This document shows, piece after piece, positions 12,245-25,799 of a stretch of 64,000 nt of DNA (within the stretch, counting starts at the first letter, position 1; each line of letters opens with the position of its first letter). The position numbers and the translations under genes were made by a program. The notes below the pieces were generated by a model. The model did no database searches and was not told the origin of the DNA. It saw only the letters and a list, made by a program, of their open reading frames with translations. Source of the DNA: Isurus oxyrinchus (taxonomy: Eukaryota); assembly GCA_026770705.1 (NCBI GenBank), contig JANJGN010000041.1, positions 1,798,001-1,862,000 of the forward strand, in the 5' to 3' direction.

Positions 12245-14253
12245 AAAAGTCATTGTTTGAATTGTGCGCTGTGGAATATATGGTCATGCTTTTGATTAGC
12301 AAATCGGTTTTCATCTCCCCATGATGATTTACCTAAAGAGCAGTTCCTCATCACTTGGGACAGAAGACAGATTTGCAAGTATACATTGTGAGTAAAAGTT
12401 TCTGGAAAGATCTGGGTATCAAAATCCCCTCTCGGTAACGGCACTTCAATCCATCATGCTGTCTGCTTCCATCTTGGAGACATCGCAATGTTTACACAAA
12501 ATTACGCATCCCAACGTTTATCCAGGGCACTTCATTCAAATGAATGAATCGACAACGGCGCAAGTCATATCAGATTTTTCGATAACCGATGAGGTCAACG
12601 TAATTCACATCAAAACCACGATTGAGCATCCAGGCCGAACTGACGACAACCCGCTCCAGGTAATATCACAGCTTTACATCGCCCGTAACCGAAGCTGTTG
12701 AAGCCTGAAATAAGTTTGCTATGGCCAGAGTGCCAACTGAAATGTACTCAATGTATTTCGCTAAGCACCAAACTGGCAAACGCAGAAAGGAAAGAACATT
12801 TGAAGTCATGAAAATGTCCATTCCACATTCCACACTTTAACGCCATTCTTGAATTTAGTCATTACTTGTGTTATGTGATCACTTCCCTTCAGCATATATA
12901 AATTCAAGCCAAAAGAAATAACAACATTGCATGCAGTCGTCTCAAATGACCAAGATAATCTTGTGCAAAAACAGATTTTCGCCAAGAATCCCCTGGTTCT
13001 GTCAGCAACGCATCAAATCTTTGCCGCCTGGTAATTTGTTGCACTTCAACTAACCTTCTGACTGTCAAATGAGTCTGGATTTTGAACGACACTCAATAAA
13101 CTCTTCAGAACACACGGTGCTTAAAAGTGAAATAAGCTATTCGATTTCACTTTTGCATGCAACCCGAATTATGCATGGCTTGTTCCTCACACCTAACAGG
13201 TTCTCTCCCAAGTGAGATGAACAGGTGAAAAAAATGTCCGCTGGGCGAGAAAACCAATCAATTTTAATAGACAACTAAATTATTGGAAAAAGTCAGCAGG
13301 CCTGAAAAAATCTGTGGAAAGTAAGACACGGTTTACTTTACGAGTCTGTGTGGCACTTCCAAAAAACGGTAATTCTTAAACTTTGTTTGGACGTGTTTGT
13401 AGATGTTGCTTTAAGCAGTCTATCCTCACCACATTACTCCACTCCTCTGTGGCAGTTAACATTCAGTCTGAAATGAAACTAGCCGTGTGGATATCCTATC
13501 CAGTCGCCTCATAAACGAATAAATCAAATCACGCTCTCCCCATGTAGCCTCCGCTCCTCTGACCTCAACTCCCTCTGCTGGTCCTCAATTCTGCATCGAC
13601 AGCTTTCCAGAAATTGATGATTTTTAACCCTTCGATCGAACGCCCTTTTTTATTTCTGTGCTGAAAGCTGATCATGAGATTTCAAGCTTTTTGTTATCCA
13701 TTCTGCATGACGCCCCTTTCGTACACGGATCCTATTGCAGTACTAAGGCTTTATCTCTGAAGAGGGACCAAGAAGGACATAAGATAGAGAGTGACATAGC
13801 CCATGATTTGGAAACGTTGCTTCTGTCAATATTGCTTATGTTGCTGCATGTAAAAGAAGAAATTAGCCTCTTCCAATACTGGTTATATGTCATGTTTAGC
13901 ATCTGACAAATTGACATGGTTTTTGCGGATATTGGAAATAGAGCAGCGAGTGTCACTGCAGCAGAAAGGCGTTTGAAGCGTATGGCCGACTTTAATTCCT
14001 TTCGAATTCTTTGCGAGACTTTGTGAGTGAAGAAATGCGTGAAATAGCTGAGGAAGAAGCAGCTTTGCTTCAGCACAACGGACAAAACCGATGCCATTCA
14101 ACGATTTTTAAGAAAGAAGATTTATCCAGTATAAACCGATGGAAGGTAAGTGTCTGCATTGAGCAGGCAAAGTGTGTAACTATTGCTTCAAAATGAAAAT
14201 CTCACCGCAAACTGGAACATTACTGGCTCCCTTGGAAAGCAGAAGCAGGCCGT

Positions 14254-14325
14254 TCCTCGTTCGTATAGTGGGGAGTATCCCCGCCTGTCACGCAGGAGAC
14301 TGAGGTTTAAATTCCCGACGGGTAG
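14254..14325 (+). pseudogene. tRNA-Asp(GTC) gene copy, probably a pseudogene
   Basis: tcctcgttcgtatagtggggagtatccccgcctgtcacgcaggagactgaggtttaaattcccgacgggtag. About 62/72 matches to the vertebrate tRNA-Asp as I recall it. GTC anticodon is intact; T-loop/B-box (GTTTAAAT) and stems are damaged. Confidence 0.9.
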
Positions 14326-14879
14326 ACAAGTCCATGGTCATATATTGCGAGGTCGAAAGCGTTACCGTGCTTTTGATTCGCAAACTGCTTTTAATTTCCA
14401 CAATGTGATTGACAGAATGGGTATCTACAGGAGAGAAGGCAGATTTGCTCAAATATAAAATGAGCAGATTTTCTGGACAGATGAGTTTATCAAAATCACT
14501 TGTGATCAACGGCGCTTTCCGCCATTATTCTGTACCCTTACATCTTGTAAGCGTCGAAACGATTACCCAAAATAACGCATTTCCATATGTGTCCACTGCT
14601 TATGCTGCCTGAGCTCCTGGTGCTGGTGCAGCACATCAATGTCGATGGAGTATTGAGTGCACGCTTTATATTCGGAGGTTAGTACATCTCTCATGAAGCA
14701 TTAAGAGAGAGAGGCGGAGGCAATTCAGCCAATGGAAGCTGCGCTGCTTTTCATTTGCAATGTAGCTGACATGTGTCGGAACTCCATCAATGCACATTGG
14801 CTCCATGACACTTGAACATTTTTCAAAATGAAAGCTACCAAATGCAGTTTTTAAAATGATTCATTTGTTTTCTAAATTA

Positions 14880-15290
14880 ACCTCAAAGCACCATGTTGTT
14901 AATCCTTGTCTCCTCGTACTACCCCTCTCCCTGTAGTCACTTACTGATATATTGCATCATTCATATACCATGTTTCCAAATCCCGAGATCTGCTCATCCC
15001 CTCCTTATCTCTGAAATCATCTCCTGCCCAATAATTAATTCAGGTATTAATGGTTCTCGAATTCACCCCTCATTTGCTTTGCTTGGCAGGAATGCATTCT
15101 GCTGCTGGAGCCTCGAACTCCTGTATTCCGTCTGTTCGCCTCTCCACCTCTCTCTTCCCGTTTTAGATAATCCCTAAAATAAAATGTTCTCATTTGAACT
15201 TGAGGTCGACTATTCTTAATATGTTTCGGGGTGGGTTTTGGTAATTTATCCCACTCTCAGGCTTCTGTGTGGCGCCTTGGGACATTTCTT
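14880..15290 (+). mobile_element. L2-type LINE 3' end fragment
   Basis: Degenerate L2 3' motifs (ggcaggaatgcattctgctgc, ctgtattccgtc, ttctgtgtggcgccttgggacattt). Confidence 0.45.
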
Positions 15291-15349
15291 CACTCACCTG
15301 GAGGGACAAAGATATCACCTTGCTAATTGGGCAGTGCAGACGCCTCCGT

Positions 15350-16000
15350 TCATCTCAGTTTGACACGATTGGAGCACTCTGAATATGGCTGGTCCCATAT
15401 CCCTCACTTCTAACACAGTCTGAGGACCGTGTGCAGTGTTGGTGTCTGTATCCCTCTGCTAGAGCACCCTTGGAGAACTGTCCGCAGTTCTGGTCTCCAT
15501 ATCACTCGGTTAGACCACACTTGGAGCGCTGAGCAAAGTTCTGGTCACAATATCCCTCGGTTTGTTAACATTTGTAGCGCTGTGCACATTTCTGGTCTCC
15601 ATATCCCTCGGTTAGACTGCACTTGGAGCGTTGTGCACAGATCCGGTCTCCATATCCATTCGTTAGCCGAAGCATGGAGCTCTGTGCACAGTTATGGTCT
15701 AATATGCGTTGGTTAGACCACACCTGGAGTATTGTGAACAGTCCTGGTCACCATACCACTCGGTTAGACCCCACCTGGAGCACAGTACACAGTTCCAGTG
15801 TCAATATCTCTCAGTTACACCATATAAGGAGCACTGTGCACGCTTGTTGCCTCCATTAGCCTCGGCTGGGCCGCATGCAGAGCACTGGAAGCAGCGCTGC
15901 TCTCAGTATCTCATGTTTAGACAGTACCTGGAGCACTGAACACAGCACTGATTTTACTATCGAGATGTTAGATCACACTAGTTACAGTGTGCACAACTCT
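15350..16000 (+). repeat. 51-bp minisatellite array (~12 units) derived from the CR1 ORF2 segment VRPHLEYCVQFWSP
   Basis: Unit ctcggttagaccacacttggagcactgtgcacagttctggtctccatatcc. ORF 15709 reads VRPHLEYCEQSWSPYHSVRPHLEH. Confidence 0.9.
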
Positions 16001-16469
16001 TGGCTCTAAGTGCGGCTATGCTATCATCAGTGTCCATAGATGAGCTCTCAGTCTGCATCAGGAATCAAAAGTGTGACAGATAATTCCACGGATCAATAAA
16101 TTCCTTCGCAGGTATGGTCTTGTGATTTTGGGGCAGTGGAAGGGCCTGTAATATGGGAGGATCCAATGAAGAGGAGATTTTGATGCCTTGGGAATGCCGA
16201 TTCATTTTTAAGTGCTGTGGGGCTGCATGAGGTATAGAAAGTTGAATAAGTCGCTTTGTGAGGCCAACCTGAGGTTTAGGCTGAGACTGTCTCTAATATA
16301 TGTAATTCCGGCTATGAATCATGTGAAGGAAACTGTCTGTTTCGATCACTGCCTCTTCCCCGTGTCTCATTTCTCACTCGGATCAGCCTGTCACCATATC
16401 GACAGGGAGGGAGGAGAGGTAAGGAAATGGCAGGGTCGAACTGACATCTTCAAACGCCACTGACAACAT

Positions 16470-17320
16470 GCATGTAGAAAATGGCAGGGTGTCATTGGCA
16501 TTTTATAGCTCCTGAATAGTCATGCTTTCAGAATCAGAACTACAATCAATGCCAAAGGTTCGCCAACCATATTCTTGGGTTTGTCATGGCCCAATGACAG
16601 GAGCGAGGTACATTGCATTTTGGCACAGGGGCATATAAGGGGTCTGAGCTTGTACTTGCAATGCTTGCTCAGCATTGACTCCAGGCTCTGTCATGTCACA
16701 AGGCTTGAGGGCAAACAGGGGAATGGGAACCTCCTGCTGATTCCCAGCTGCCTCGCTCTTGAAACTGATCAATCTCTACTCCCCCATTTTAAACACCGCA
16801 TTGAAAAGCAATGAGCGTATCAAAGGTGCAGAATGTTCTCTGCTGTGCGACCTGCATTTTCATCACCCAGAGAGACTCTGGGTCACCGTTACAGACCCAT
16901 GTGGCCAAGCCCTGTAATGAAGAATAGGCCTGAAGCAGGTGAACCATCAAGAGGGAAATTTCTACTGGGCCTCAGCATCACCAATCCACCCGCTGCAGTA
17001 ACATCTCTCGCTCACGGTGTTGCTATGAATGACCACCGCAAAGCACTACTGACAACAGCCCTCTTTTTCAAACTGAGGACGCACTCCATTGTGTTTTGTG
17101 ACAAGCATTGCTTTCAATGGGATAGTTTCAAAAGAGATCACACAGCACAACTCTCAACATCCATGAGGTGCGTGGGCCATCAGCAGCAGCAGAATTAAAT
17201 TCAGACACAATCTGCATGACTATGGCCCTATATGCTCCTCACCCTTCCACGACCATTACCGTGAAACTAAGAGAAAAGGCATGGTTCTCGGACAATGGAA
17301 TGAGAACTTCTGATTTTACT
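16470..17320 (+). mobile_element. Family B LINE apurinic-endonuclease domain fragment
   Basis: SIDSRL..KQGNGNLLLI..DQSLL.HFKH, EPSRGKFLLGLSITNPP..NDHR, QWDSFKRD. Confidence 0.75.
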
Positions 17321-17504
17321 ACAACAATCTAGCCTTAAGTTATGCCCGTTCCTTGCAATTCTATACCGCAGTCTACCCTTCTAGCCATTTGGCATTCAGT
17401 TTTGGATCTGTTGTATGACAACTGTACACTCTCCAGAGCCCAAGAGCAAAATGTTTCCCAATTACAAACTCAGTCTATGAGTGCAGGAGACGATGGAATG
17501 ACGA

Positions 17505-17578
17505 GCAGCAGGCAAAACTGAGGATCAAACCCTGTGGACCGTCACCCCGTTGACGCATTGCTCTAGCTGCTCAGGCTA
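17505..17578 (-). mobile_element. Possible tRNA-derived SINE head
   Basis: The minus strand reads tagcctgagcagctagagc (A-box-like) ... ggtttgatcc (B-box-like) at tRNA spacing. Confidence 0.35.
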
Positions 17579-17699
17579 AAGTTACCAATGGCGCTTCATA
17601 TGAAGTGAGAAATATAAGATCTCAATTCCTACACACTTTTGGAATTATCTTTTGTTGATCTATAGTTGGCAACTCTACAAATGGTAAGGTGCTGTAAAG

Positions 17700-18830
17700 T
17701 AACTTTAAAGAGAAAAGGCAGCACGTAATAGAAATGAGGTTATAGTTGGGAAACATTTTGTTCCTGGGATATGGAGAGTCTAGCGTTATCAGTCACCGGA
17801 AGCCAACCTGGATGCAGATTGGCTGGAATGGTGGACTGAGGGCGTGAATCGTAAGGGATGGGCAGAGGTTAAGGCTACATTGTTGTAGGAACGTCAGAGT
17901 CTCTCGCCCTATTGGTCGAGAATTGTCAAACTAGGTACTATCTAAGGGTGTTATACAGTAGGGATGCACTCATACCATTGCTTTAGAATCGCAAAAAAGT
18001 TGCTCAGCGAAGGCAACAAATTCTTGCCTTTCTAGTGAAGATTTCATATAACCTGACAGAAATTTTTTTAAAAAATCAAACATATAAAAGATCTAGAATA
18101 AGCAACATAACGGAAGTGGAGAAAATAACGGGACGTTAGATTGGCAAATCCCGAGGGTCAGATAGTTTCCATGCCAGCAATTGAAGGTAAAAGCTGAGAA
18201 ATTGCGGATGTCCGGGCTCTACTATCTCGCAGTTCCATTCATCTCAGAATTATTCCTTCAGGCTGGCTAATTCTGAAAGGCGCTCTNNNNNNNNNNNNNN
18301 NNNNNNNNNNNNNNNNNNNNNNNNNNNNNNNNNNNNNNNNNNNNNNNNNNNNNNNNNNNNNNNNNNNNNNNNNNNNNNNNNNNNNNNNNNNNNNNNNNNN
18401 NNNNNNNNNNNNNNNNNNNNNNNCAAGTTACCCGAATGTGAGTTGTCAGGCGTGGAGGGAATGCAGGCTTTGCTTACGAGAAATGGCACCCAGGCTAGAA
18501 GGGAAAATAGAATGGAAGGAATTGTACAAATACTGCTTGTGCTTTCTGGAATTCGGAATGTTCCAGAGTAGTTCGGTTGAAGTATTCAAGGTGTTAAGGG
18601 GAACAGATAAGGCTGGAAAAAAGAAAATATTTTCAATGGTGGAGTAGACTCAGCCGATTGGGACAGCGTCTAAAATGTCTATTCAGACTGTTCAATGCAA
18701 CATTTAGGGAACACTGCTGTATACACAGGCAGTACACAACGCTAACTGCCTTCTTAAGAAAGTACCAGATGCGAGATCTATTGCTAAAAATTAAGTGTAA
18801 AATTGAAAGTTTTCTGTGGCCCAGGGCTAT
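17700..18830 (+). mobile_element. CR1 LINE fragments (spanning an assembly gap)
   Basis: aaatcccgagggtcagatagtttccatgcc (KSPGPDGFHP-like) and gttgaagtattcaaggtgttaagggg (EVFK.L.G, CR1 C-terminus). Confidence 0.55.
18287..18423. other. Assembly gap (N run)
   Basis: Direct read. Confidence 1.
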
Positions 18831-20329
18831 TAAGGTCCACACAATGGTCACCACATGGACTCAGATCACACATTTTTCAGAACTTTGTGGAATACCAGCC
18901 TGTGCATTTTACACACAGGCGGCCGGGAAGCAGCTGGAGCCCTGTGCTGGGGCGAATCCTTCCTGCCAAATCCTGGTACCCATGCTCAAGGCTACTGGTG
19001 GCCGGTCAGTTCTGTGATCGGAGCTATTTTTTAACAGGCTGATAAGCAGCCCGAGACGAGCACTACGTGTTGCAAGGATGGGCAGAATGGTGTCCAAAAT
19101 TGGTGCAGGTACAAGCCAACAAGCATTCTGCCTCTTCCATCTCCTTCACCTATCCGTTCTTGGATTGTGTGTCCCACTTGCGAGGCCACCATTTATTGAC
19201 CATTGCTACCTGCCCATGAGAAATTGCTGGCAGTCTGCTTCCCTGTACCGCTACAGCCCATGTGTTGCCTGTACACCCACAGAGAGTCAGAGAGTGAGGT
19301 TTGCGCCATGACATGAGGTTACAGATTGGGTTTGCGCTCAATCCTGCCTGTGCGGCAGTTGGACCTCAGTGCCTCATGGATGCCCGCTTTTGCGCTGCCC
19401 GACACATTTGGGAGTGACACACAACACCATGGAAGGTGCCCTGAGAGTGAAGACTGGATTTTTCCCCTACAAAGACTTTTTGCTTGTCACTGCTGCTTAT
19501 ACCTGTCATGGACAAATTAAGATGCTCAAGGTTAGATTAACGAGGACTGGGCAAAGCAAGTTTCCCTCCTCGTGTTGATTCTCTCACCACCTGCGACTGC
19601 AACATGGAAGTGGAGAAAAATAGAAGGTTTTGGCTGCTGCCTGCTAACGGGGGCTTAGAAAGGCAGGTGCTCTCTCAGAAACACATGCAAAAACTAGAAA
19701 CAGGAGCTAGATGTTGAAGCTGTTGCTCTTCGTCACGTTTTGATGATAGTTGCCAGGCTGAAACAGTCTAGAAAGGGCCAGGTAGCCAGGTTCAAGCTAA
19801 GGAAAGCCCCAAATAATCGAATGAGTGGAACAGGAGAAAGTCCCAGACAGGCGATTGAGTTCATTGAAGGACAGGGACGTTCCCTTCCTTCCAGCCTGCC
19901 TGATAGATCCTTCAATGTTGAGTCACTGTTACTCCTTGGTACTGAGGACCCCAGAAACCCAGAGTACACCCGGTGCCATCTTTTCAATCGCAGCTGATGT
20001 TACCCCTGGATAAGCGTATTCCCAGTCTGAAAATGAACTTGATAGACACTAACTTATACTTGTTTGTTTAGATACGTGGACGGGACTATTGAAGAGTCGC
20101 TGGAGACAGCTGATGTGCTTTTAACAAAAGAATAAAACATTTATTAAGGAAGAAACGTTGAACTATAATAAAATATTGCTTTACCCAGGACTATACCTTT
20201 AAAAATATATACAGGTTTTTCAGGATATCACATGTTAAAAGCTATCTTACACTCTACTACTCACAGTAGGCACAAAGTCCAATAGGCACCCTGTATTCAG
20301 ATAGACAACACTATGAAATCACGTTCTCG

Positions 20330-20950
20330 GTGTCACCTCAACCCGATGCAATGACTCTTTCCCCAACTCCCCTCACACCATTATCACCCTGTGAGCCAAC
20401 TGGACTCATTGATCCCCCTCCGTTTTGACCTGTTGGACATGCTCTGAATCTATCCGGTTTATCACGGAGGGAGTTCCAAACAACATAATGGCGTGTGTCC
20501 TGATGATTTATCTTCACAGGTGCTGAGCAGTGGTCACCCCTCCCCATGCCGCTTTGAGCAGAGGCAACTGCGGTGGGTAGACTGGTGAAGACTGGTGAAG
20601 TGAAATTCCCCCCTCTTGTTGTTTCTCTCACCTTCTGTCGCAGGCCAAGTCTGTCAGGTATGTCCTTCAGGCGTCGAACACTACGGTCAGGCATAAAGTT
20701 ACCGAACCACTCTTGGTGACGCATATTAAAGTCTCCACCCGCTCACCCTTCATATAGATGACATCCTGTGTCCCCTTGTGTTCAGATGTATCCCAATTGT
20801 TGATTGACATGGAGGAGAACAGGTTGATCAGCCGTGCGAGGGAGGGTAGGGATCGGAATGAGGTGTCCTTCTCTCTGTTCAGTCCTCATGACACGAGGGC
20901 TTGGGTGGGCGATCAGAAATCAACAGGAAACTTCCTTTCCTGAGCATTTT
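20330..20950 (-). mobile_element. Family B LINE endonuclease-domain fragment
   Basis: ORF 20338-20724(-) HQEWFG..DRSVRRLKDIPDRLGLRQKVRETTRG..GRGDH. Confidence 0.8.
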
Positions 20951-21934
20951 TTTCTGTTGGATCAAGACTACATAGATGCCTTTGGCATGGTTGTGGGCTC
21001 AATTATTACTTTTTAAACTTAAAACGGGAGGCCAGCATTTATTGTCCAAGCCTAATTGCCGTTGTTCAGAGGCCATTTTGAAGAGTCAGACACAATGCTG
21101 TGCACCTGGCTTCAATTGCAGACGAGACCGGCAGATATTCTTCCCTAAACAGCATTAGTGGACCAAGTGGGCTTTTATGATAATTGGTATTAGTTCCATT
21201 GGTTATTGTTAGAATTGTTACCTACGGAAAAAAATTGAATTGAAATTCCAACATATGCCTTGGCAGGATTAGAAACCAGGTCCTCAGAATTTTACCCTGG
21301 GTCACTGGCTTACCAGCCCAGTGTCAACACCACTACGCCACTGCCCCGACCGAAGGTCTACCAGCGGGCCTCAGATTTTGAGGGTCTGTCTGACAGAACG
21401 TACACAGGGATGGCAACGGGTGAACCTAGGGAGTTAACCAAAAGGAAAGGCACTGTGTTGGTGAATGTTTTGGATCTAAAGAAAGACTGTATAAAATCAC
21501 TTCCCCTCACTCCCTGTCGGTACGTTGATACACCGATCTGAGTGAGAAGTGATATACGGATAAGAAGTGGTGATCAACGCAGCCAGTTTTATGCACATGA
21601 TTCTGAAAGCATTGGATCATTGGCCATTGGACATACAGAAGGTAGCAGAGTCTGAACGACAGAAATTCCAATTCGCTTCAGACAGAATCCCAGGCGGGTC
21701 TCGCGGTGTGACATCCTGCCTCCGGGTTACTCAAAGAGGTTGGCAGTTCCTGAACTTGAAGCGGAGGTTGCATTTCCCGTTGACCCTGTATGCATCACAA
21801 TCTTCACATGGGAGTCTTCTACAGAACATTCCACCCCCATCACTCAGCACGATAGGGAATGGGAAACAGGAAGAAAGAGCTCATTAGTGCCGCTGGTCAG
21901 AGCCGCTTGGCGCCCAGATGCACAAGAACCAGTT

Positions 21935-22535
21935 GTGGGCTAAAGTGCGCACATGGAGACCCGATATGGGAACAGTGGTCCATATGTGGTCTAACCGAGG
22001 CATATGGAGACCAGAGCTTTGCAAAGTGCTCCAACTGTGGTCTAACCGAGGGATATGGAGACCGAACTGTGCACGGTGCTCCTATTATGTCTAACCGAGA
22101 GGTGCCGAGACCAAAACTGTACACAGTGCACAAGGTGTGGTCTATCCGTGGAGTATGTAAACCAGAACTATGTACATTGTCTGACTGTCGTCTAACTGAT
22201 GGATCTGGCGATCAAAAATATGCTCAGTGCTTTGAGTGTGTTCTAACCGAGAGGTATGAAGACCAGAAAAGTGCAGTGTGCTCCATGTGTGGTCCAAACG
22301 AGGGATACAGAGGGCAGAACTGTGAACAGCGCTCTAGGTGTGATCTAACCGAGGGATATTGAAATCAGAACTGTGCACAGTGTTCCGAATGCGGTCTCAC
22401 TGAGGTAAACGGAGACCAGAACTGTGCACAGTGCTTAAAGTGCTCTCTAACCGACAGGATTGGAGACGAGAATTTTGCACAATGCTCTATCTGTGGTCTA
22501 TCCGAGCAATATGGAGCCCTAAACAGTGCACAATC
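21935..22535 (-). repeat. 51-bp CR1-derived minisatellite array (~11-12 units), reverse orientation
   Basis: ggtctaaccgag recurs about every 51 nt (21988, 22039, ... 22495). The minus strand reads SVRPQLEHFAKLWSPYA. Confidence 0.9.
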
Positions 22536-22539
22536 AGAA

Positions 22540-22920
22540 TGATGAAAGCTTATGCAACAACTACATGAAATTTCACACGGTGCCTCAAGACAGCATGTTA
22601 GAAAATTGATTTGACACAGAGTCACTTTAACAGGGATTAGTGGAAGGTTGCCCAACGCTAATTCGAAGATGATGGATTGAAGGGCTATCACCAGGGAGGA
22701 GAGAGGTTTGGACAGTTTTACAAAGGGATCTTCCGGCCTTGGACCCAGTCATTTGAAGGCACCATGACCAATGGCAGGCCAATTAATATTTCGGAATGGA
22801 TTGGAGGGCAGAATTTGTGTGGTACAGGTATCTGGACGACTGCTTTGGGTTAAAGGAGATGTCAGAGAGAGAGTGGGATGAGACAATGGAGACATTGGGA
22901 AACATTCTGTATCATTAATT
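22540..22920 (-). mobile_element. L2-type LINE 3' fragment
   Basis: ggagagaggtttgg..ttgaaggcaccatgaccaatgg, the reverse of L2 3' motifs. Confidence 0.45.
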
Positions 22921-25799
22921 CAAGATATCACCAAGGGAAAGCTCCTCGGTGGTTGATAGTTGAGGTTGGGTCATTAAAAATAAAGTGCTCAGTTTTTGAA
23001 TAAAGGCTCACACTGAGACTGACAGCTTTCTCCTTGTTATAGGATTTTAATGGTAACGGAACGAAGAATGTGCAATGGTGTTAAGACAGTTGTCAGACCA
23101 AGCATTCCTATAACCTCCCAACGATTGAATAGCTCTCGCTGCCATGGGGACATGGTCATTTTCCCCCTGCACACTACAGCCGCTGCTTCGAACCCTACAG
23201 GCTGCCAGAGCCTGTAGCACAATCAGGAAGCCTGAGGCTCCTCCATTTCTTCCTCCTGTGTTCCCTATGCCTGCCTCACTCGCAGGCATCCCCTCTTGTC
23301 CCTAGCCACTGATCGAATCAGAAGACCATGTCCTGAATAATGTGACTGCCCCCTAGTACAAATGACCAGGCAAATGCCCCACTCCCAGAGGCATCACTGT
23401 GTCAGCGGATGGGCCTCCATCTGACACTCACTGTCACCCTCCCTCTTTGTCTTCCAAGTTATTTCTCCATTTTTCTCTCTCACGCATTCTCTCTCCCCCA
23501 AACATGTGTTTCTCCACCTCTTTACTTATTGCATCCCTTTTCTGAATCTCTTGCTCAGTTCCTCCCTCTCTCATCTCCATATCTTGATTACTATCTCTTG
23601 ATGATATTTTCACTGATTCACGGGACGTGGGCTTCGCTGGCTGGGTCCAGAATTTACTGCTCATCAGTAATTTCTCCCTTGAGAAGGTGGTGGGGGAGCC
23701 ATGTTCCTGAACTGCTGCAGTCCATGTGGTGTCCATACACCCACCGTGCTGTAAGGAATAGAATTAAAGCTTCACGCTCTGTTCTGCTGTTTGGCTATTT
23801 TTGTCACCTTTGCTCCTCCTTCTCCAGCTCCATCTTCCACTCATGCAAACTCTGTGTCTCACTCTCCATCTCCCTTTCTCTCTTTCACTCCGCCTTCCAC
23901 TTCTGCATTGATGGTTAAATATTTCCAATTTTAGTCCCCTGCTGGTTGGTTAATAATTTACCCCTGAAGCGGAACTGTGCTTTCTGCAGTCACCATCTTG
24001 TCTGACTCCAGATAGGAATGAGCTGTCCCTGAATATGATCCAGAAGTTGACTGCCTTCGTTTGGGGACAATATGCAATCCCTCAATGAATGAGTGTCCAA
24101 ATATCATCAGATTAATTGATCTAAAGCGGTGAAATAATGTGAAGAGATTTTTTATCAGTAGTGTATATGTCTAGATATATTTTTAGCGTGCTAAAAATTG
24201 ACCCAATGCCATGTGGTTCCACTAGATGCGCGTTGAATTTCGACTCCTCGCAGGCCCATCCCATTCTGAATATATCCCACTGGGCTGCAAAATCTGGTGA
24301 GCCGGCCCTGCAGCTGGTGATGATTATTCCCAGGGACATTGATGGGGAAGTCTGAGCCATTGGCTTTAGGGTATCATTCGGTGAGTTTGGCTATGTCAGG
24401 CCATTGATCGTGCAGTCTCTGGGGCAATGCTCCAAATGTTGTCATTCCCTTGAACACTCAAGTGCTGATCAGACACAATGTCCACGTGACAGCATTTGTG
24501 CCCTCCTCGAACTCACTTCCACTGAATGGGGGCAGTGGACACGCTGGCACAAATCGGCACCAAGTTAAATGGCAGCCCTGCTCAGGGGCCCAAACTCACG
24601 GACTGGACACTGGAGGTTCTGAATGATGCACCGCAGAGGTGGAGCAATGCACTGCAGAGCTTCATCTGACTGACCCAAGCTCAACTTTCTGCCCCTCTCC
24701 TCCTCCAACCGCTGACATTGTCCTCCCTGGTCTAACACTCTAATCCCATTCCCCGTCATGACCAGGTGGATCTCTAGCACAATGACAGTCAACAAGAACT
24801 CTCATCGTCCCGGAGAATCCAGGAAATGGTCCAACATATTCGAGGAGCCTTGCACTGATCTTGTTCAGTTGATGCCTGCTGGTGTACTGGATTGTGAAAC
24901 TGTGCCTGAAGCCGTGTCTCACACTCAACCTGCTCAAAGCTGGGTGCACTGCACAACATACAGCTGGCCACAATTGTCGATAGTCAGCTCCTGAATTATT
25001 CTTCATGTGTTACCATCTGCAACAGCCTACAACTCATGGATGCACCCGCACACTGACTGGTGCACACCAGTCCATGTCCTGTGTCCATAAACCTGCCTTT
25101 GCCCCATTTCACTCAAAACATCTGACGGTAAAACATCCCTCCATCTCATCTTTAAAGTTAATATCATCCTTTCACTAATTGCCATTTGTGGAAGAGAGAT
25201 GAAACTCTCTGTTACCCTTTGTGTGACGATATGTCCCTTTGCGAGAATAACAAAGCAGCGGGAATATCTTCTACATATCCAACTTCGCTCGAATCTAATC
25301 GAATATTTAAGATTCTTGATCAAAGGCACAGTGATTCTGGCTTCGGTACAACAATCTAACGCTAGCTTGTACCCTATATTATTATTCTGCTCCAAGTGCA
25401 GAGTGCTCCAGACTGTCCTGCCACAAATTCCCCATCACATTACAAATCGATTCCTCAGGTTATTCTTCTAGTCAGTCAGCATGCACGTTCTGGCTCCTGC
25501 TTAATTCTGATGCTGGAGCCATTGGAGCCCAAATTTGGCCAAATGCAATCTCAGTTCACACCTTACCTTTTTACTCTCGTTAAAGCTACATAAAAGCAGT
25601 TGACTTTTAAAGAGAAGCCAAGTCAAAGGCATCTTAACAATATTCCAATAATAGCAACATATCAATGAATTTCATCAATAGCACCATGTACAATAGAATT
25701 GCTATTGTAGGTAACAATAATTACACCAATGTATCAATGAGCTGATTCCTAACAAGGTTAGAACATAATTTTCTTTTCGATATGCCTTACCCCGCACTT

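Larger units (their letters stand above)
1..14082 (+). repeat. Segmental/tandem duplication, copy A (paralogous to 48161-64000)
   Basis: Start gcacagaagcagactatttg matches gcacaaaagcagaccatttg at 48161. The same TE relics, minisatellite and tRNA pseudogene follow in the same order. 14025-14082 matches the last ~60 nt of the window. Confidence 0.95.

Noticed and set aside
12585-12700. Patchy resemblance to the 5' part of 7SK RNA (acatc..cccc.attga..ccaggg; gctcc..cgaagctg), also at 62475-62590
   Set aside because: Only short words match, a sizeable gap is needed, and the two paralogs disagree at key positions. It needs an Infernal search before any claim.
15350-16000. Regularly spaced repeats resembling a CRISPR array or a Cys/His zinc-finger repeat ORF (also ORF 21859-22362)
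   Set aside because: The whole 51-nt unit repeats with no unique spacers, the context is eukaryotic, and there are no cas genes. The Cys-rich translations are alternative frames of the CR1-derived minisatellite.
19998-20335. Possible reverse-oriented LTR fragment
   Set aside because: The termini and TSD are not supported.
24380-24720. Possible Harbinger transposase traces (AID, HSLNTQV, RF....RRGGAMH)
   Set aside because: Too degenerate and compressed to support by eye.
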